DNA of 64,000 nt, from contig CP075493.1 of assembly GCA_021613535.1 (NCBI GenBank), positions 3,162,001 through 3,226,000 of the forward strand, read 5' to 3'. Shown here one piece after another: positions 1 to 11,952 of this stretch. This DNA comes from Adineta vaga (Eukaryota; Animalia; Rotifera). Positions within the stretch are counted from its first letter, which is position 1; the number at the start of each line of letters is the position of its first letter. Below the pieces are notes generated by a model. It was given only the letters and a program-made list of their open reading frames with translations, was not told the origin of the DNA and did not search any database. Both the position numbers and the translations under genes were made by a program.

Positions 1-690
1 TGATCCAGATGCTGATCGTATTTCTATGCATGCTAGGAAAGATCGACTTCGAAATATAGTACCGATTAATTGCTGATGAACAAAACAATCTCAAAAGCAA
101 TAGAATGTTGATGATGTTGAACTGATGAATGGAATGATTGTCTGTACTTTGACATAGATGATAGGTGAACAAATTGCGAGAGATCGACAATGAGTGGCGA
201 AACATGTTGATAAATATCGAGAGAAAAGCATTTTAATAACTGATTAACTTAAGATCTTGTTAGTGAGCGAGTGTAAGATATAAAAGTGGGATTTTTGGAA
301 AGATTATTGTCATATAGATGACGATGATATTGTGAAGAAAAACTGTTCAGTTTGTACGCTTATGATTTTCTTTCGTTCTTTGTATGTGAATATTTTGTTA
401 TCCGATCGGAATATTTCGATAAGAATGCGTCTCTTTCTCTCTCTTTCTCTCTTCCTTTATATATCTATATATATATTTCTGTGTTTGAGTGGGTGTATAA
501 AGCTGTATAAAAGCAGATGCTTTTCCACCTTTTCATCATATCGTTCACAGTTTGTTCACTGGTACGAAACAATATTGTTGATCCATCTATCTTATCGTAT
601 AAATAAGTGCTGTGATCGTCAACTCGTTGAATCAACTGTGCGAAGAATCAAATGATGGCAAGCTTCATTCGAACCACTTTTCTGTTCGTG
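1..690. repeat. Duplicated promoter/5'UTR/signal-exon block, copy A; inverted relative to 6398-7082, probably extends left of the window
   Basis: Position 1 tgatccagat...gatcgacttcgaaatatagtaccga is the reverse complement of ~7020-7082; similarity runs through ATGATGGCAAGCTTCATTCGAA (652 vs 6436). Confidence 0.93.
506..512 (+). promoter_or_regulatory. Putative TATA box of glycine-rich peptide gene 1
   Basis: TATAAAA about 140 nt upstream of the ATG; a ctgtataaa core is retained in the paralogous promoters (~6580 on minus, ~9290), and gene 4 has TATATAAA at 7573. Confidence 0.45.
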
Positions 691-1246
691 ATGATTTTAG
701 CAGTTTTTTATGAAGGTTTGAAAATTTTTTAGAGAAAAATAAAGCATTTTGTATGGAGTTTGTTTCATTTCAGTTATGCTAGTCACACAGGGTGCTGAGT
801 AAGTATTTAAAATGTAAGGAGTGTATTTTATTGTTTGTTTTATTTCAAGATTTGGTGATAGACCGAGTGTTGCGACGGCTATAAATATGAATATTTCTGC
901 GATCGAAGAAAGTATGATTCGTGAAAATGGTACTGCTGCTCCGCGTAGTGTTCGTGGTATGGATGGTGAGAAAGGTGGTGATGGGGTGGGTGGAAAGGGT
1001 GGAAAAGGTGGAGACTCTCAAGGCGGTGGAGGTGGAGGCCCTCAAGGCGGTGGAGGTGGAGGCCCTCAAGGCGGTGGAGGTGGAGGCCCTCAAGGCGGTG
1101 GAGGTGGAGGCCCTCAGGGCGGTGGAGGTGGAGGACCTCAAGGCGGTGGAGGTGGTAGTGGTGACAAGGGTGGCGGAGGTGGTAGTGGTGGCAAGGGTGG
1201 CGGTGGCGGCGGCGGAAGTGGTGGTGGTGGCGGTGGTGGAAAGTAA
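652..1246 (+). CDS. Secreted glycine-rich prepropeptide 1 (exons 652-715, 774-798, 850-1246)
   Basis: Spliced protein MMASFIRTTFLFVMILAVFYEVMLVTQGAEFGDRPS...PRSVR-GMDGEKGG...(GGGGGGPQ)n...GGGK*: hydrophobic signal peptide, RxxR site, C-terminal GK; GT-AG introns in phases 1 and 2. Confidence 0.88.
1017..1155 (+). repeat. 24-bp coding tandem repeat (about 6 copies) encoding GGGGGGPQ
   Basis: Unit ctcaaggcggtggaggtggaggcc recurs at 1017, 1041, 1065, 1089, 1113 and partially 1137. Confidence 0.92.
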
Positions 1247-3979
1247 TTTCACTTGAACGGGGTAATGCTGATGATGAGTGGTAAGGATACAACACTTATT
1301 ATTTGAAACTTTCTTATTGTCAATACTTTTTGTGAAACGTAGATCTGACTGCTTCACTGATAATTTCAATGTTACTATTTTTAACATATCTCGGGATCAA
1401 TTCTTAAGTATGGGTAGTGTAGTGGCATAATTATCACAAGTGAAAACGTCGAAAAATTCTCTTCTTTCAAATATTTTTACTGTCATCGTCAGCATCACTA
1501 CCAATGTTCACCCCTTTAATCCACCAACTGTCGTCGGTCTCGTTTTTTCGTATTAATTCAGTTGTATATGGGATTGTTCTTTTGTTTGATTCTTAATAAA
1601 CGATTCATTGTACTTCTAAATCATTGTTGAAGAAATTACGAGGGAAAGCGTTTGGCTTTTTTGAATGATCAATGTCGTATATGAAGAGTAATTAGCTTGA
1701 TAGAATAGAGAAGAAACGAAGTAACTTGCGAGAATCGAAATACTCTTTGAAATTCAGTTTGTCTGTCAATCTTGACTTACTTATAAAATAAGAAAAAGCT
1801 TTATATTAAATGCAATCGATAGTTTAGTTTGTTCAAGGGAAGCGTAAACAATATATGAGATCGGTTTCGATATTATAGTTGATTAGAATTGTAGCCACAA
1901 CTTGTCATCATTCGAGTGTCGAAATGTATACTTGTTGAACAGAAAAAGCAGAATAATGATTTTTGAAATTTGATGATATAGAGAAGAAACTGTTGTGTTG
2001 ATTTTATGCTAACAGAAAGACAATGATTGTTTTAGTGACAGAAACTGATTTAAATTGTTTGATGTGTATGGAATCAATGAGTTTGCTGGTATTATCTTCT
2101 TGTCGAAGATTTCGTAGGAGTCGTCTGAAGTTGAAACTCACTTCGCTACCGAGTTCAAATGGAACAATTTTGTATCATATTACAAAGTTTGTGTTTCCTA
2201 CAATCAATTGTCGTATCGCCGAGAATGGAAGACATTTATACTTGTAGAAAATTACTCTTGAGACCGTTAGTATTTTTATTTTTATTTTGAACCATTACAG
2301 AAAAATATCCCATAAATTCTGGAATTTAAATATGATAGTCTGGTATTATTATAACTTAAAAGTTTCAGTTCGGAAAAAATATACTATAATATTTCACTCT
2401 CTTTAATTTTAATCGTTAAGAAAATATGTCTATAGAAAAATGTTGCTTATTATTCAAGAGAAAAGTTGTATTAAAAGTTCCTTTGTGATATACCAATCGT
2501 GGAAAAGCGTCAGGAAAAACAACCCACGAATAATTTTTCTTATATGTTTTACTAGAGAGAAATTTTTCTGTTACCAAATTATCATGAATAGATTTTGAAT
2601 GTTTTGTTGCTTCATCGAGTCTACTCCTCAGAATATTCAAAGAGTTCGTAATTTTTGATTAAAAAATATCATCCGAAGAAAATAAGTATAAAAGTAAAAC
2701 AAAAGAGCACATATTCAATATAAAAATACAAGAAATTCAAAAGATTGTTCACTTTTCACATGTTCCAATAACTACGTATTAATAAGCTACATGTATTTTG
2801 TTGCCACGTTAAATATCGTCTATTTCAATACTAGCAAGCAATATCTATGAATCATATGAATAAACAGAAAATAGAATTTCAAATTGAATATATAAAGATA
2901 ATTGATTTTTTTCTTACAGATATGGAAAACTCATACTTCTATTCAATTTAGTTAGTTTTTCGATTAAAGTTGCTCGATAAACGACTATACTGTGAAATGT
3001 ATGGAAGTGATAGGAAATAAATTGAAAATCTATGATAAAAATGAAATAATGTCACTGTTCGACTTACTTTACCGATCATATTATATCACGAAACGTTTTA
3101 TAAAAATATTCGATAGATTGGATAATTCAAGTATGCTTTATTTATTATTTCATTTTCTTATACATTTAAAAACGAAATTTTTTGTTGAGAAAAAAGAATT
3201 CAATAAATATTAATTAATATAGACAAGAGCGGAATCATTCCGTTCAATGAATATATTTCTCTCATTGTTTATTACACAGATAAAACTTATCAACATCTTT
3301 CAAACGGTTGAAAAATGGAATTTTCTTACAATTCTTTTGCTTTATCTTATTTACTACACAATATCAGATACATATCTACTGACAGAGACCATGTACGATA
3401 AACGAAAATCTTCTTCTAATCGAATATTTTCGCTTAAAATTAAACGGAAAATAATCTTTTCTACAATCGAAATTGATTTCTTATTCATGTGTTTTTCCAT
3501 AAGAAAACAAATTATAGATTAGTGTCTGTAAGTATTTATTCAGTAAAGAAGCGATCAATGAATTTCGATCATAGGAAATGAAATCTCTATTTATATGATA
3601 TAATAGGTAGTTCAATCTAATTACAGCTTGGCTAAAAATTATTTTAAGTACGCAACAAAATAATCTGGACATCATAGTAGTGTCGAAAGACATTCTTATA
3701 TAAAGATTACTCTTTTTCTATTCTATGATTTCTATTCTCACGTGTTATACTTAGCTATATCGATTCTCGGTCACAGTGTTTCTCTGAACATGTGTCGTTC
3801 TTTCTATATACGAATTATTCTACATTTTCATAGTCATCATTCTGTTAGAACGACATTTTAAATTATCGCCTAGTCACTTCTAACCAATACATTTCTACAC
3901 ACACATATATATATATATATATATGTCCGCACATAAGTAATCGAGCATTATTTTGGTTAAGTGTGTGTTTCAAACAATA

Positions 3980-4758
3980 ATGACATGTTTCTTGCACAAT
4001 ATCGTTCTGGTACTGTTAATAACATGGATTGTAACTATACAAAGTAAAGATTAATTTGTAATATTTTTACAAATACCTATCTTTATTTCATGTTCCTTGA
4101 TAGGCATGCTACAGCACGAGTATTCCTTGTATGTTTTGATGTAATCTTTTTCATTAATAGATTAACTTGCTTTTTTTCGTATAGAATCGAAACAAATCAG
4201 AACAATGGTTATGATTCAAAGGTTGTTGATATTCATACTTCATATGCTGTTAACAGTGTTGACGCTCATATGAATAATGCTGGTGAAAGTGCTCGTTCTA
4301 ATACCAATATTTATGGTTCAATTGCTAGTAGTGATTATGGTGGTGTTGTTAATAATTATAAGTATGCTTCAACTACTCCTTTAATCAAAACTACAACTAC
4401 ACCATTAATTAAAATTATAACTGATCCTCCTATTAAGATTGTACATATTCCATCGGTTATTGTGTCAGCTCTGTGTAAAGTAGAAGGTGGTCAGGGTGGT
4501 CAAGGTGCTCCAGCTCCTCCTGGAGGTAAACCTGGTAAGTCTGGTGGTAATGGGCTGTGTGGTGGAGGAGGCGGTGGAGGTGGTGCTGCAAGCCTTCCAG
4601 GTGATATTGGTTCAGGCGGAGGTGGTGGTGGTGGTACCAGAGGTGGCGGTGGTGGTGCAGGAGGTGCTGCATTTCGTGTAGGAGGCGGCGGCGGTGGTGG
4701 TGGTGGTGGCTTACCTAGTCGAGTTGATCGAAATCGGGTGATGATGCGAGTTAACTAA
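3980..4758 (+). CDS. Secreted glycine-rich protein 2 (exons 3980-4043, 4104-4119, 4185-4758)
   Basis: MTCFLHNIVLVLLITWIVTIQ signal exon (64 nt), 16-nt micro-exon, same intron phases as gene 1; long pro-region, then a Gly-rich domain with two Cys. Confidence 0.8.
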
Positions 4759-5920
4759 ACTAACATTACAGATGTTATATCGTTAAAACTTGCAATGCAT
4801 CGTACTTTTCTTTTAATTGTTCTACAATCAAATCATTTTCTTTTCAATCTTTTGCATATGTTTAAAATACTTTTTGAATATGGTACTTGTTAAAAATAAT
4901 TTTTTAGATTTCTTGCCCAAAAAATATAAAATGAATTCTTAAATAAACATTTTAAGGCAAACTGTTATTCAATGAAAATTTGAGAACATTTCTTCTCTTT
5001 ACATTCGATTAACATTTACTATCAATAAAATAATGAATCATGAAAGCTTTGCGATCGATGTTCTTATCTTCACATTAGTTACTATATTTAGTCACTTTGA
5101 CATATCATTTACACAAGTATTGCATTATTTTTTCTTTACTTGAGAAACTCAAAGTATGAATAGTTTTATCAAAAGATTCCATGGAAGTTTTCTTGATAAA
5201 TATAATTTGTAGAAAGAACTTTTTTTAATTCAGATAACTATACACATATTACGATGTTGAAAAAAAATGATTCGATAGCAATTGATCATATTTGAAGAAT
5301 ACTAATATAAGTTGAATTGCTTTCTAATTTCTAGCTGGTATTGACGAAATTTCTCGTTATATATTATATGTACAATCAAATGAAAAGTTATCTAAGTTGT
5401 TGATATATTAAAAAGAATTCTTTTGACTCAGAAAAAAGTTTCATTTGGTAGAATATGATAAGTAGCAGTTTGTTGAATAATTCTTTTAATTTTGAATTAG
5501 AAATATTATTCCGTGACTTGATGCATATATGTACTTCATATCATATTTCATCTTGATAAAACCTGAATAGATTGAAATCTATAAATCATAAATATTCTAA
5601 GAAAAAGGTGTTTTGTTTCTCTCATCAAGCAAATATTCAATTCTATATCGCATTTTTCATTCATTAAATCAGCCAACATTGATTTGAAATTAAACATTCA
5701 TTTATTGAAAATCATATGAAAAGAAAAGAATATTATCGTACCACACAATGAGTAAACCTTTAAAAAAAGAAATCCAATCAATATGAACAAGACAAAAAGG
5801 AAATCTGAAGAGCCATCACAAAAGACAGCAATCAAAAGGACAAGAAATTTCGAATTAGGTAACATGCTCAACATTTACTGGTACCATCAAAAAATCGTTC
5901 CATCCTTTTCATATCGTCAC

Positions 5921-6436
5921 TTAAAAACCACCACCTCCACCACCGCCACCTAAACCATCGCTGCTTCCTCCTGCTCCACCTGCACCCCCAAGATCACCGC
6001 CACCACCGCCACCACCGCCACCTCCAAAGAAACCGGAGCCACCTGGTTTACCATTTCCGCCGAATTTACCTCCTTCACCACCTAAACCCGCACCAACTCC
6101 ACCACCTCGACCACCATCACCTGCAATACCAATTGGATTTCCTACTTGTCCAGGCATAGCTTCAAATTCATTTCCTTTATTCAAAGCAGGACTATTCGCT
6201 ACGACAACTCGATGGCGACCGGAAGCGTCAGTAATTCTAACATAAAACCACAACAAAAAAACATATATATCAAAAGGTTATAGGTAAAATATTACAGAAC
6301 GAACTGCACGAAATCCATAACTAAAAATAAAAATAGCATTATTTTCATAGCATCATCACATATATTCTTTACTTTGGAACAACAAACTTGCCATTATCAT
6401 CAGCAGAAAAGTGATTCGAATGAAGCTTGCCATCAT
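5921..6436 (-). CDS. Secreted glycine-rich protein 3 (exons 6436-6373, 6320-6296, 6236-5921)
   Basis: MMASFIRITFLLMIMASLLFQ signal exon paralogous to gene 1, 25-nt micro-exon, Gly-rich C-terminus ending GGGGGGGGF*. Confidence 0.85.
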
Positions 6437-7082
6437 TTGATTCTTCACACAGTTGATTCAACTAGTTGATGATCACTGCCCGTATTTATACGATAAGATC
6501 AATGGATCAACAATATTGTTTCGTACCAGTGAACAAACTGTGAACGATAGGATGAAAAGCTGGAAAAGCATATGACTTTATACAGATCTATACGCCCACA
6601 CAAACACACATATATATATATATATATAAAGGAAGAGAGAGAGAGAAAGAGACGCACTCTTATCGAAATATTTCGACCGGATAACCAACGTATTCACATA
6701 CAAAGAACGAAAGAAAAACATAAGCATACAAACTGAACAGTTTTTCTTCACAATATCATCGTCATCTATATGACAATAATCTTTTCAAAAATCCCACTTT
6801 TATATCTTACACTCGCTCACTAACAAGATCTTAAGTTAATCAGTAATTAAAATGCTTTTCTCTCGATATTCATCACCATATCGCATCGCTCATTCTTGAT
6901 CTCTCGCAACTTGTTCACCTATCATCTATGTCAAAGTACAGGCAATCATTCTATTCATCAGTTCAACATCATCAACATTCTATTGCTTTTGAGATTGTTT
7001 TGTTCATCAGCAATTAGTCGGTACTATATTTCGAAGTCGATCTTTCCTAGCATGCATAAAAATAAGATCAGTATCTGGATCA
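6398..7082. repeat. Duplicated promoter block, copy B (inverted copy of 1-690)
   Basis: Reverse-complement match along its length to 1-690, with scattered substitutions. Confidence 0.93.
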
Positions 7083-7694
7083 AATCAACATTTCTCCAGG
7101 CTTCACATTCGTTAACAGTGCACATTTCGAACGATGGAGATCATCATCGTATTCACGATTATCTACGCGTGCATTTCTTTGTCACACGTGATTTTTCGAC
7201 TGATGTATTTCCATGAATGATTTATTTTATTATCAGTACTTGCCGTATCTATCATCGGCCTATGATGTGCCAATGTCCACCGATTCGATGGACGTTTCAC
7301 TCTCCCTTCCTCTCCTCCTGTTCTTTCTAGATTTTCAGCACTCTTCATTTTGTTCTACATTTTAAATGGTCAATTTGTTCGTGCAAAGTTCGATTCTCTT
7401 TCTTTTAGTTGTAAATACCGACGAAGAAAACACATGATTTTTTCTCCATCTCTCTCTTTCGTATTAATTGTTTTGACCTCGATATCTCTGTATGAGTCAT
7501 GAATTCCCGTTATTTTCCCCTTTTCTTCTCTCTCTCTCTCTCTCTCTCGGATTTCTCTCCTTTGTGTTCACTTATATAAAAACCCGTGCTATTCTGCATT
7601 TGCATCATACGATACAATCCAATCGATCTTTCTCGTTTGTTCAACCTCAATACATTAGTCAATTATCCTTCTCGTTTATCATCCAAACGTCAAA

Positions 7695-8001
7695 ATGATA
7701 CCCACTTTCTCTCGCTTTCTCTACTTGCTTGTTCTAGCATTATTGATCATCTCGCAAGGTATGTTCGCATAGTTTTTCTTCATGTTCCACAATTTCTATT
7801 GAATGATTGTTTTTTTCTGTTTTAGTCATGGTACAAGCTGGAGTTACATCGTAAGTAGAATAACGATTTTTGGTCGTAGATTCACATCACTAACTCATGT
7901 CTCTGTGTTTTAGGGCTCGTGCTAAGCGTGGCGGTGGTGGTGGCGGTGGCGGAGGCGGTTGGGGCGGTGGTGGTGGTGGTGGAGGTGGTGGTGGCAAGTG
8001 A
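7695..8001 (+). CDS. Small secreted polyglycine prepropeptide 4 (exons 7695-7758, 7826-7850, 7914-8001); absent from the ORF track
   Basis: MIPTFSRFLYLLVLALLIISQVMVQAGVTSARAKR-G10-W-G11-K*; 64-nt and 25-nt exons as in the paralogs, canonical splice sites, TATA at 7573, AATAAA at ~8206. Confidence 0.88.
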
Positions 8002-9061
8002 TGAAACAATTACATGGAGACGATGTATGAGGTGCGAGTTCAAACTACAAGCAAAATTCCAACATACATGGTCAATGTAATTATGTGCGAATGCAAACAT
8101 CAAAACCTTTCATTCATGATCAACATCGTCTCCAATCATCTCATTTACTTCTACACTCGCTGTAATGTTGTGTCGTGTAGTCAATTCGAGTCTTTTTCTT
8201 ACTCAATAAATAAACAAATAAATAATTGTCATCATGACATACAAATACGTTTCTCCTGATTTTTGAATGAATGCTAATTGAATCGTGTTGCTCGAACATG
8301 AAATAGAAGAATAGGATTGATTTCAGTGCGTATTACTTTTCTTATAGTGTATGCAGCATTAGACGATCAGAGGTAAACTGACAAACATCGAAGCCATTGA
8401 GAGAAATTCTGTTGGTATGTTTCATGTGCATAATGTATCAAACTCGGTTGCAAAATCAAATTCATAGAATGTTGACACGAATGTACTTTGAGAGTTGAAA
8501 GAGATGAAGTAAGAGAGATCGAAATGAATCAAATGTACAAAGCAAAAGTAGAATATGAAAGAGATGTCAATATACCTAGATCACTATGGCATATCTGAAC
8601 AATCACTATCAGTTGGACATTGTGTTTTCGTAGATTTATTATGTCTTGTCAAGTTGATTGCCATTGAACGACGAAGACTAAGTAACAAGCAGAAATAGTT
8701 TGAATAAGATTCGTACGTTCTAAAGTATAAAACACATGTTCGTTTCCACTTCTCGTAAGATTATTGCAAGCAACCGTTGAACAGGAAGTAAAATATATTG
8801 TTTATTATAGAAACCAAGTGAAAAACAATTTCAAGTGTGATATTTTCATGAATTGTTGTTTACATTTGGAAAAAAAAGTGTTTAAATTCCAATAAATGAA
8901 AATGGAGGAAAAGTAAGCTAACGACAATGTAAACAGTATTGATTGTACAACGAGTATTTCAGCTAATGCTCTGAAAAAACAGTACAGAGTGACATATTAA
9001 CTACATCTTCCTGTAAACATATGAGCAGAACGTCTTTCATCAGATTATTCCGAGTTTTGAA

Positions 9062-9523
9062 AGATCGACAATGAGTGGCGAAACATGTTGATAAATATCG
9101 AGAGAAAAGCATTTTAATTATTAATCAACTTAAGATCTTGTTAGTGCGCGAGTGTGAGCGATGAAAGCAGGGATTTTTGGAAAGATTATTGATACATTTA
9201 TGGCTATGATATTGTGAAGAAAAACTGTTCAGTTTGTATGCTTATGTTTTTCTTTCGTTCTTAGTATGTGAATACGTTTATAGAGCTGTATAAAGTCATA
9301 TGCTTTTCCACCTTTTCATCCTATCGTTCACCGTTTGTTCACTGGTACGAAACAATATTGTTGGTGAGAAGTACAATTGAGTAATTGACGATCCCTTGAT
9401 CTTATCATATAAATATGGGCAGTGATCGTCAATTAGTTGAATCAACTGTGTAAAGAATCAAATGATGGCAACCTTCACTCGAAACACTTTTCTGTTGATG
9501 ATATTGGCTTTTTTTCGTTCAAG
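9062..9523 (+). repeat. Duplicated promoter block, copy C (direct copy of ~181-715 with indels)
   Basis: agatcgacaatgagtggcgaaacatgttgataaatatcgagagaaaagc is identical at 181 and 9062; weaker similarity also in the 3' flank (~1320-1400 vs ~9840-9925). Confidence 0.9.
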
Positions 9524-9765
9524 GTAGTGGATGTTTTCATTTGTATTCTGAAAATTTTATTGATTTGATTTGTTGTTCTAGACGTTGAATTGGCTAGCGT
9601 AGCGCAGTATGCATTCTTTATATATAAAGTAGATATAGTTCATATAGGTGTTTTGATAGGGTTGTTGACAAATGGGGTAATTGGTAGTATGTGCGGCTAA
9701 GCAGTAATATATATAGTAGGAACAGTGGTTATGGCGGCGGAGAGGACGGTGGTGTTAAGAAGTAA
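9462..9765 (+). pseudogene. Pseudogenised glycine-rich peptide paralog 5
   Basis: Signal exon MMATFTRNTFLLMILA is 62 nt instead of 64 (frameshift in a T run); 25-nt micro-exon 9582-9606; exon 3 has an in-frame TAG at 9685 before ...SGYGGGEDGGVKK*. Confidence 0.75.
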
Positions 9766-11326
9766 GTTGATACGAACATGACTGTATGAACGATGACAGG
9801 TAGGATTGGATTGAGTCTTTTTAATTTTTAATCTTTGCTTTGTCAATGATTTTTGTGCAGTTAAGGTCTAACTTGCTCGCTGGAAATTTATATGGTGCCT
9901 TTTTTATCATATCTAGGGATCAATAATGATTAGTCCTTCTCAATGTAGGTTTTTGAATTTTATGTTTCATGAAGTTGAAAATATCTTTTATAGTCATCGT
10001 TTATCGCACTGATCCAATAATTTGTTTGCCTTTTATTTTATATGTTCTAATTGAAGCTCTGGAGTTTGTTCTATATTTATCGTAAGAAAAACTGGCAATT
10101 CAGATTGTTTCTTTCAGTGTTGGCATACTCATTTAAGAGAAGAAAGTTTCATTCTAGTTGCATTTGATAGAAATCGAATAGAAGTGTTGAATGATAATGG
10201 AGCAGATCCGTTAAGAATAGAAAGAAATTGATGGATGTGTTCAGTTTTGTGTTTCTTCAAAGTACTACAATTCGAATAACACACTTAATGAGTCAGGAAA
10301 GGAGATCATAATGACTAAGATACTTTATATACAATTTATTTGTTGTTGTATCGAATATATACACGATTCGTATAAATTTACGAGAGATTCTAATAGAAAA
10401 CAAATACTGTTTGTTTGATTAGAAAGGTATTATATTTAATTGTGAACGTTATTTTGAAATTAAATTTTTTTTTCTCACGAAAGAAAAGACTGATCAGTGA
10501 TGCAATGAATATTAGTTTTGTATATTGGATACAAACATGAATGTTGCTGAGAAAAGTATTTATCAAATGACCTGTTGGTATCGAGAGATCACATGTTAAG
10601 GCTACTTTCGTCTTCATTAAAAATCAATTTTCTTACGGAACTATTCTAATAAACTGAGAACTGGAATAAACATTGCAGTTCAAGTGAGAGAGAAAATTCG
10701 AAGTGTTTCTTTTTCGACAAAGATTTTTCAATTAAAATTCATGCAATAGGTTCTACTTTCTATTTGATGGGGAGATGCATGTCACGATGTAAGAGTAAAA
10801 AGTGTTGTTGTTGTTGTTGTTTTTAAATATAGCGCATTTTCTAGATGAAACCTTAGCGAAATCATTGTGACAATTAGTTACTTCACAAATATTTATGTCA
10901 ATTTCAAAAATTCTAGCAAAATCTGATTTTTTCAGATAAAGAAAGAAATCATTCAATCACCGTTTCTCTTGCTCTATTCATAAACATATCTGTTGAATGT
11001 CTAATTCAATCTTTCAATCCATCTACTAAAAACATGCGTTAACGTGAACATGTGAGAAATCAATCACATCTTTACTTGTTCTTTCTTATATTTTTATTCT
11101 CATTTCCTTTCATTACATTCTATTTCTTCTCAGTATTATTATTATTATTATTATTTAACGAAGGGAAGCTCGAGAAATACTTTTCTATTTGTGCGTGATT
11201 GTATATAATAAGAAGAAAAAAAAGAAAGAAAATGAGTCTGTTTATATTGTCGATAGAGAACTTATTGTGAAGTAAGACTATTCAGCAACTAACTATTTTG
11301 GAATTCAACTTGTGTGCGTCATCAAC

Positions 11327-11921
11327 ATGGCTAATCTACTTCGAAAAGGGTACGAAGAAAACGCATTTTCCCTTTTTCGAAAATTTCGATTTTATTTTTC
11401 TCAAATAAAGAGATCGTGTTGAAGAAACTCTATCATCTACTGCTAAACAGCCAATATCAACAATAGGTGATGGTAACAGTTCAAAGAAGACAGACAGATC
11501 AACAATGAATACATGGGATGTAGCACAACGATGGGCTCAAAGTGTTGCCAAAGAAGAATCGACAAGAAAACAATGGGAACAAATGCATGGATGGATGGCA
11601 GATTATGATGCTAAAGTATTTATAAGATTTATAACGAATTGAAATCTGAATAGTTCTATTCTGTAGGGCAACTTTGTTCCAAAAAAACGAATATTTGAAA
11701 ATACTTCACGTTTTTCAGATACGGTTTGTATATACATCTTTTTGATTCTATATACTGAATGTTGTTGTTGTTGTTGTTTTATAAAGATTCCTAATACTCG
11801 TGGTCATGACTACGGTTGGCGTTTACAAAATGACTTAGGACAAGAAATTGCTACTTTACAAACACGTTTTAATAGTCAACATAAAAAACGTCGATCAAAT
11901 GTTATTCTTGGTTCTGATTAG
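11327..11921 (+). CDS. CIMIP5: C2orf50/CIMIP5-like ciliary microtubule inner protein (4 exons; absent from the ORF track)
   Basis: Spliced ...QRWAQSVAKEESTRKQWEQMHGWMADYDAK-GNFVPKK...FSDT-IPNTRGHDYGWRLQNDLGQ resembles the recalled C2orf50 pattern W..NW.FL.DYD..GN....FSDTVP......G.RL...LGQ. Confidence 0.7.
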
Positions 11922-11952
11922 AAACACAAAACAAAATGAAAAACATTTTTCA

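Noticed and set aside
332-655. 107-aa ORF, and 6896-7216
   Set aside because: Both lie in the duplicated promoter block and their frames do not appear conserved between copies.
845-1387. Thr-, His- and Val-rich ORFs (845-1387, 879-1295, 921-1256; likewise 4457-4681 and 7882-8103)
   Set aside because: Shadow frames of the glycine-codon repeats.
1600-3700. Several short ORFs (2023-3693)
   Set aside because: No recognisable motifs or coherent splice model; likely chance ORFs in AT-rich DNA, though a decayed gene cannot be excluded.
4480-6130. PE_PGRS-like similarity suggesting mycobacterial origin
   Set aside because: Low-complexity Gly resemblance only; the genes have eukaryotic signal exons and introns and no PE domain.
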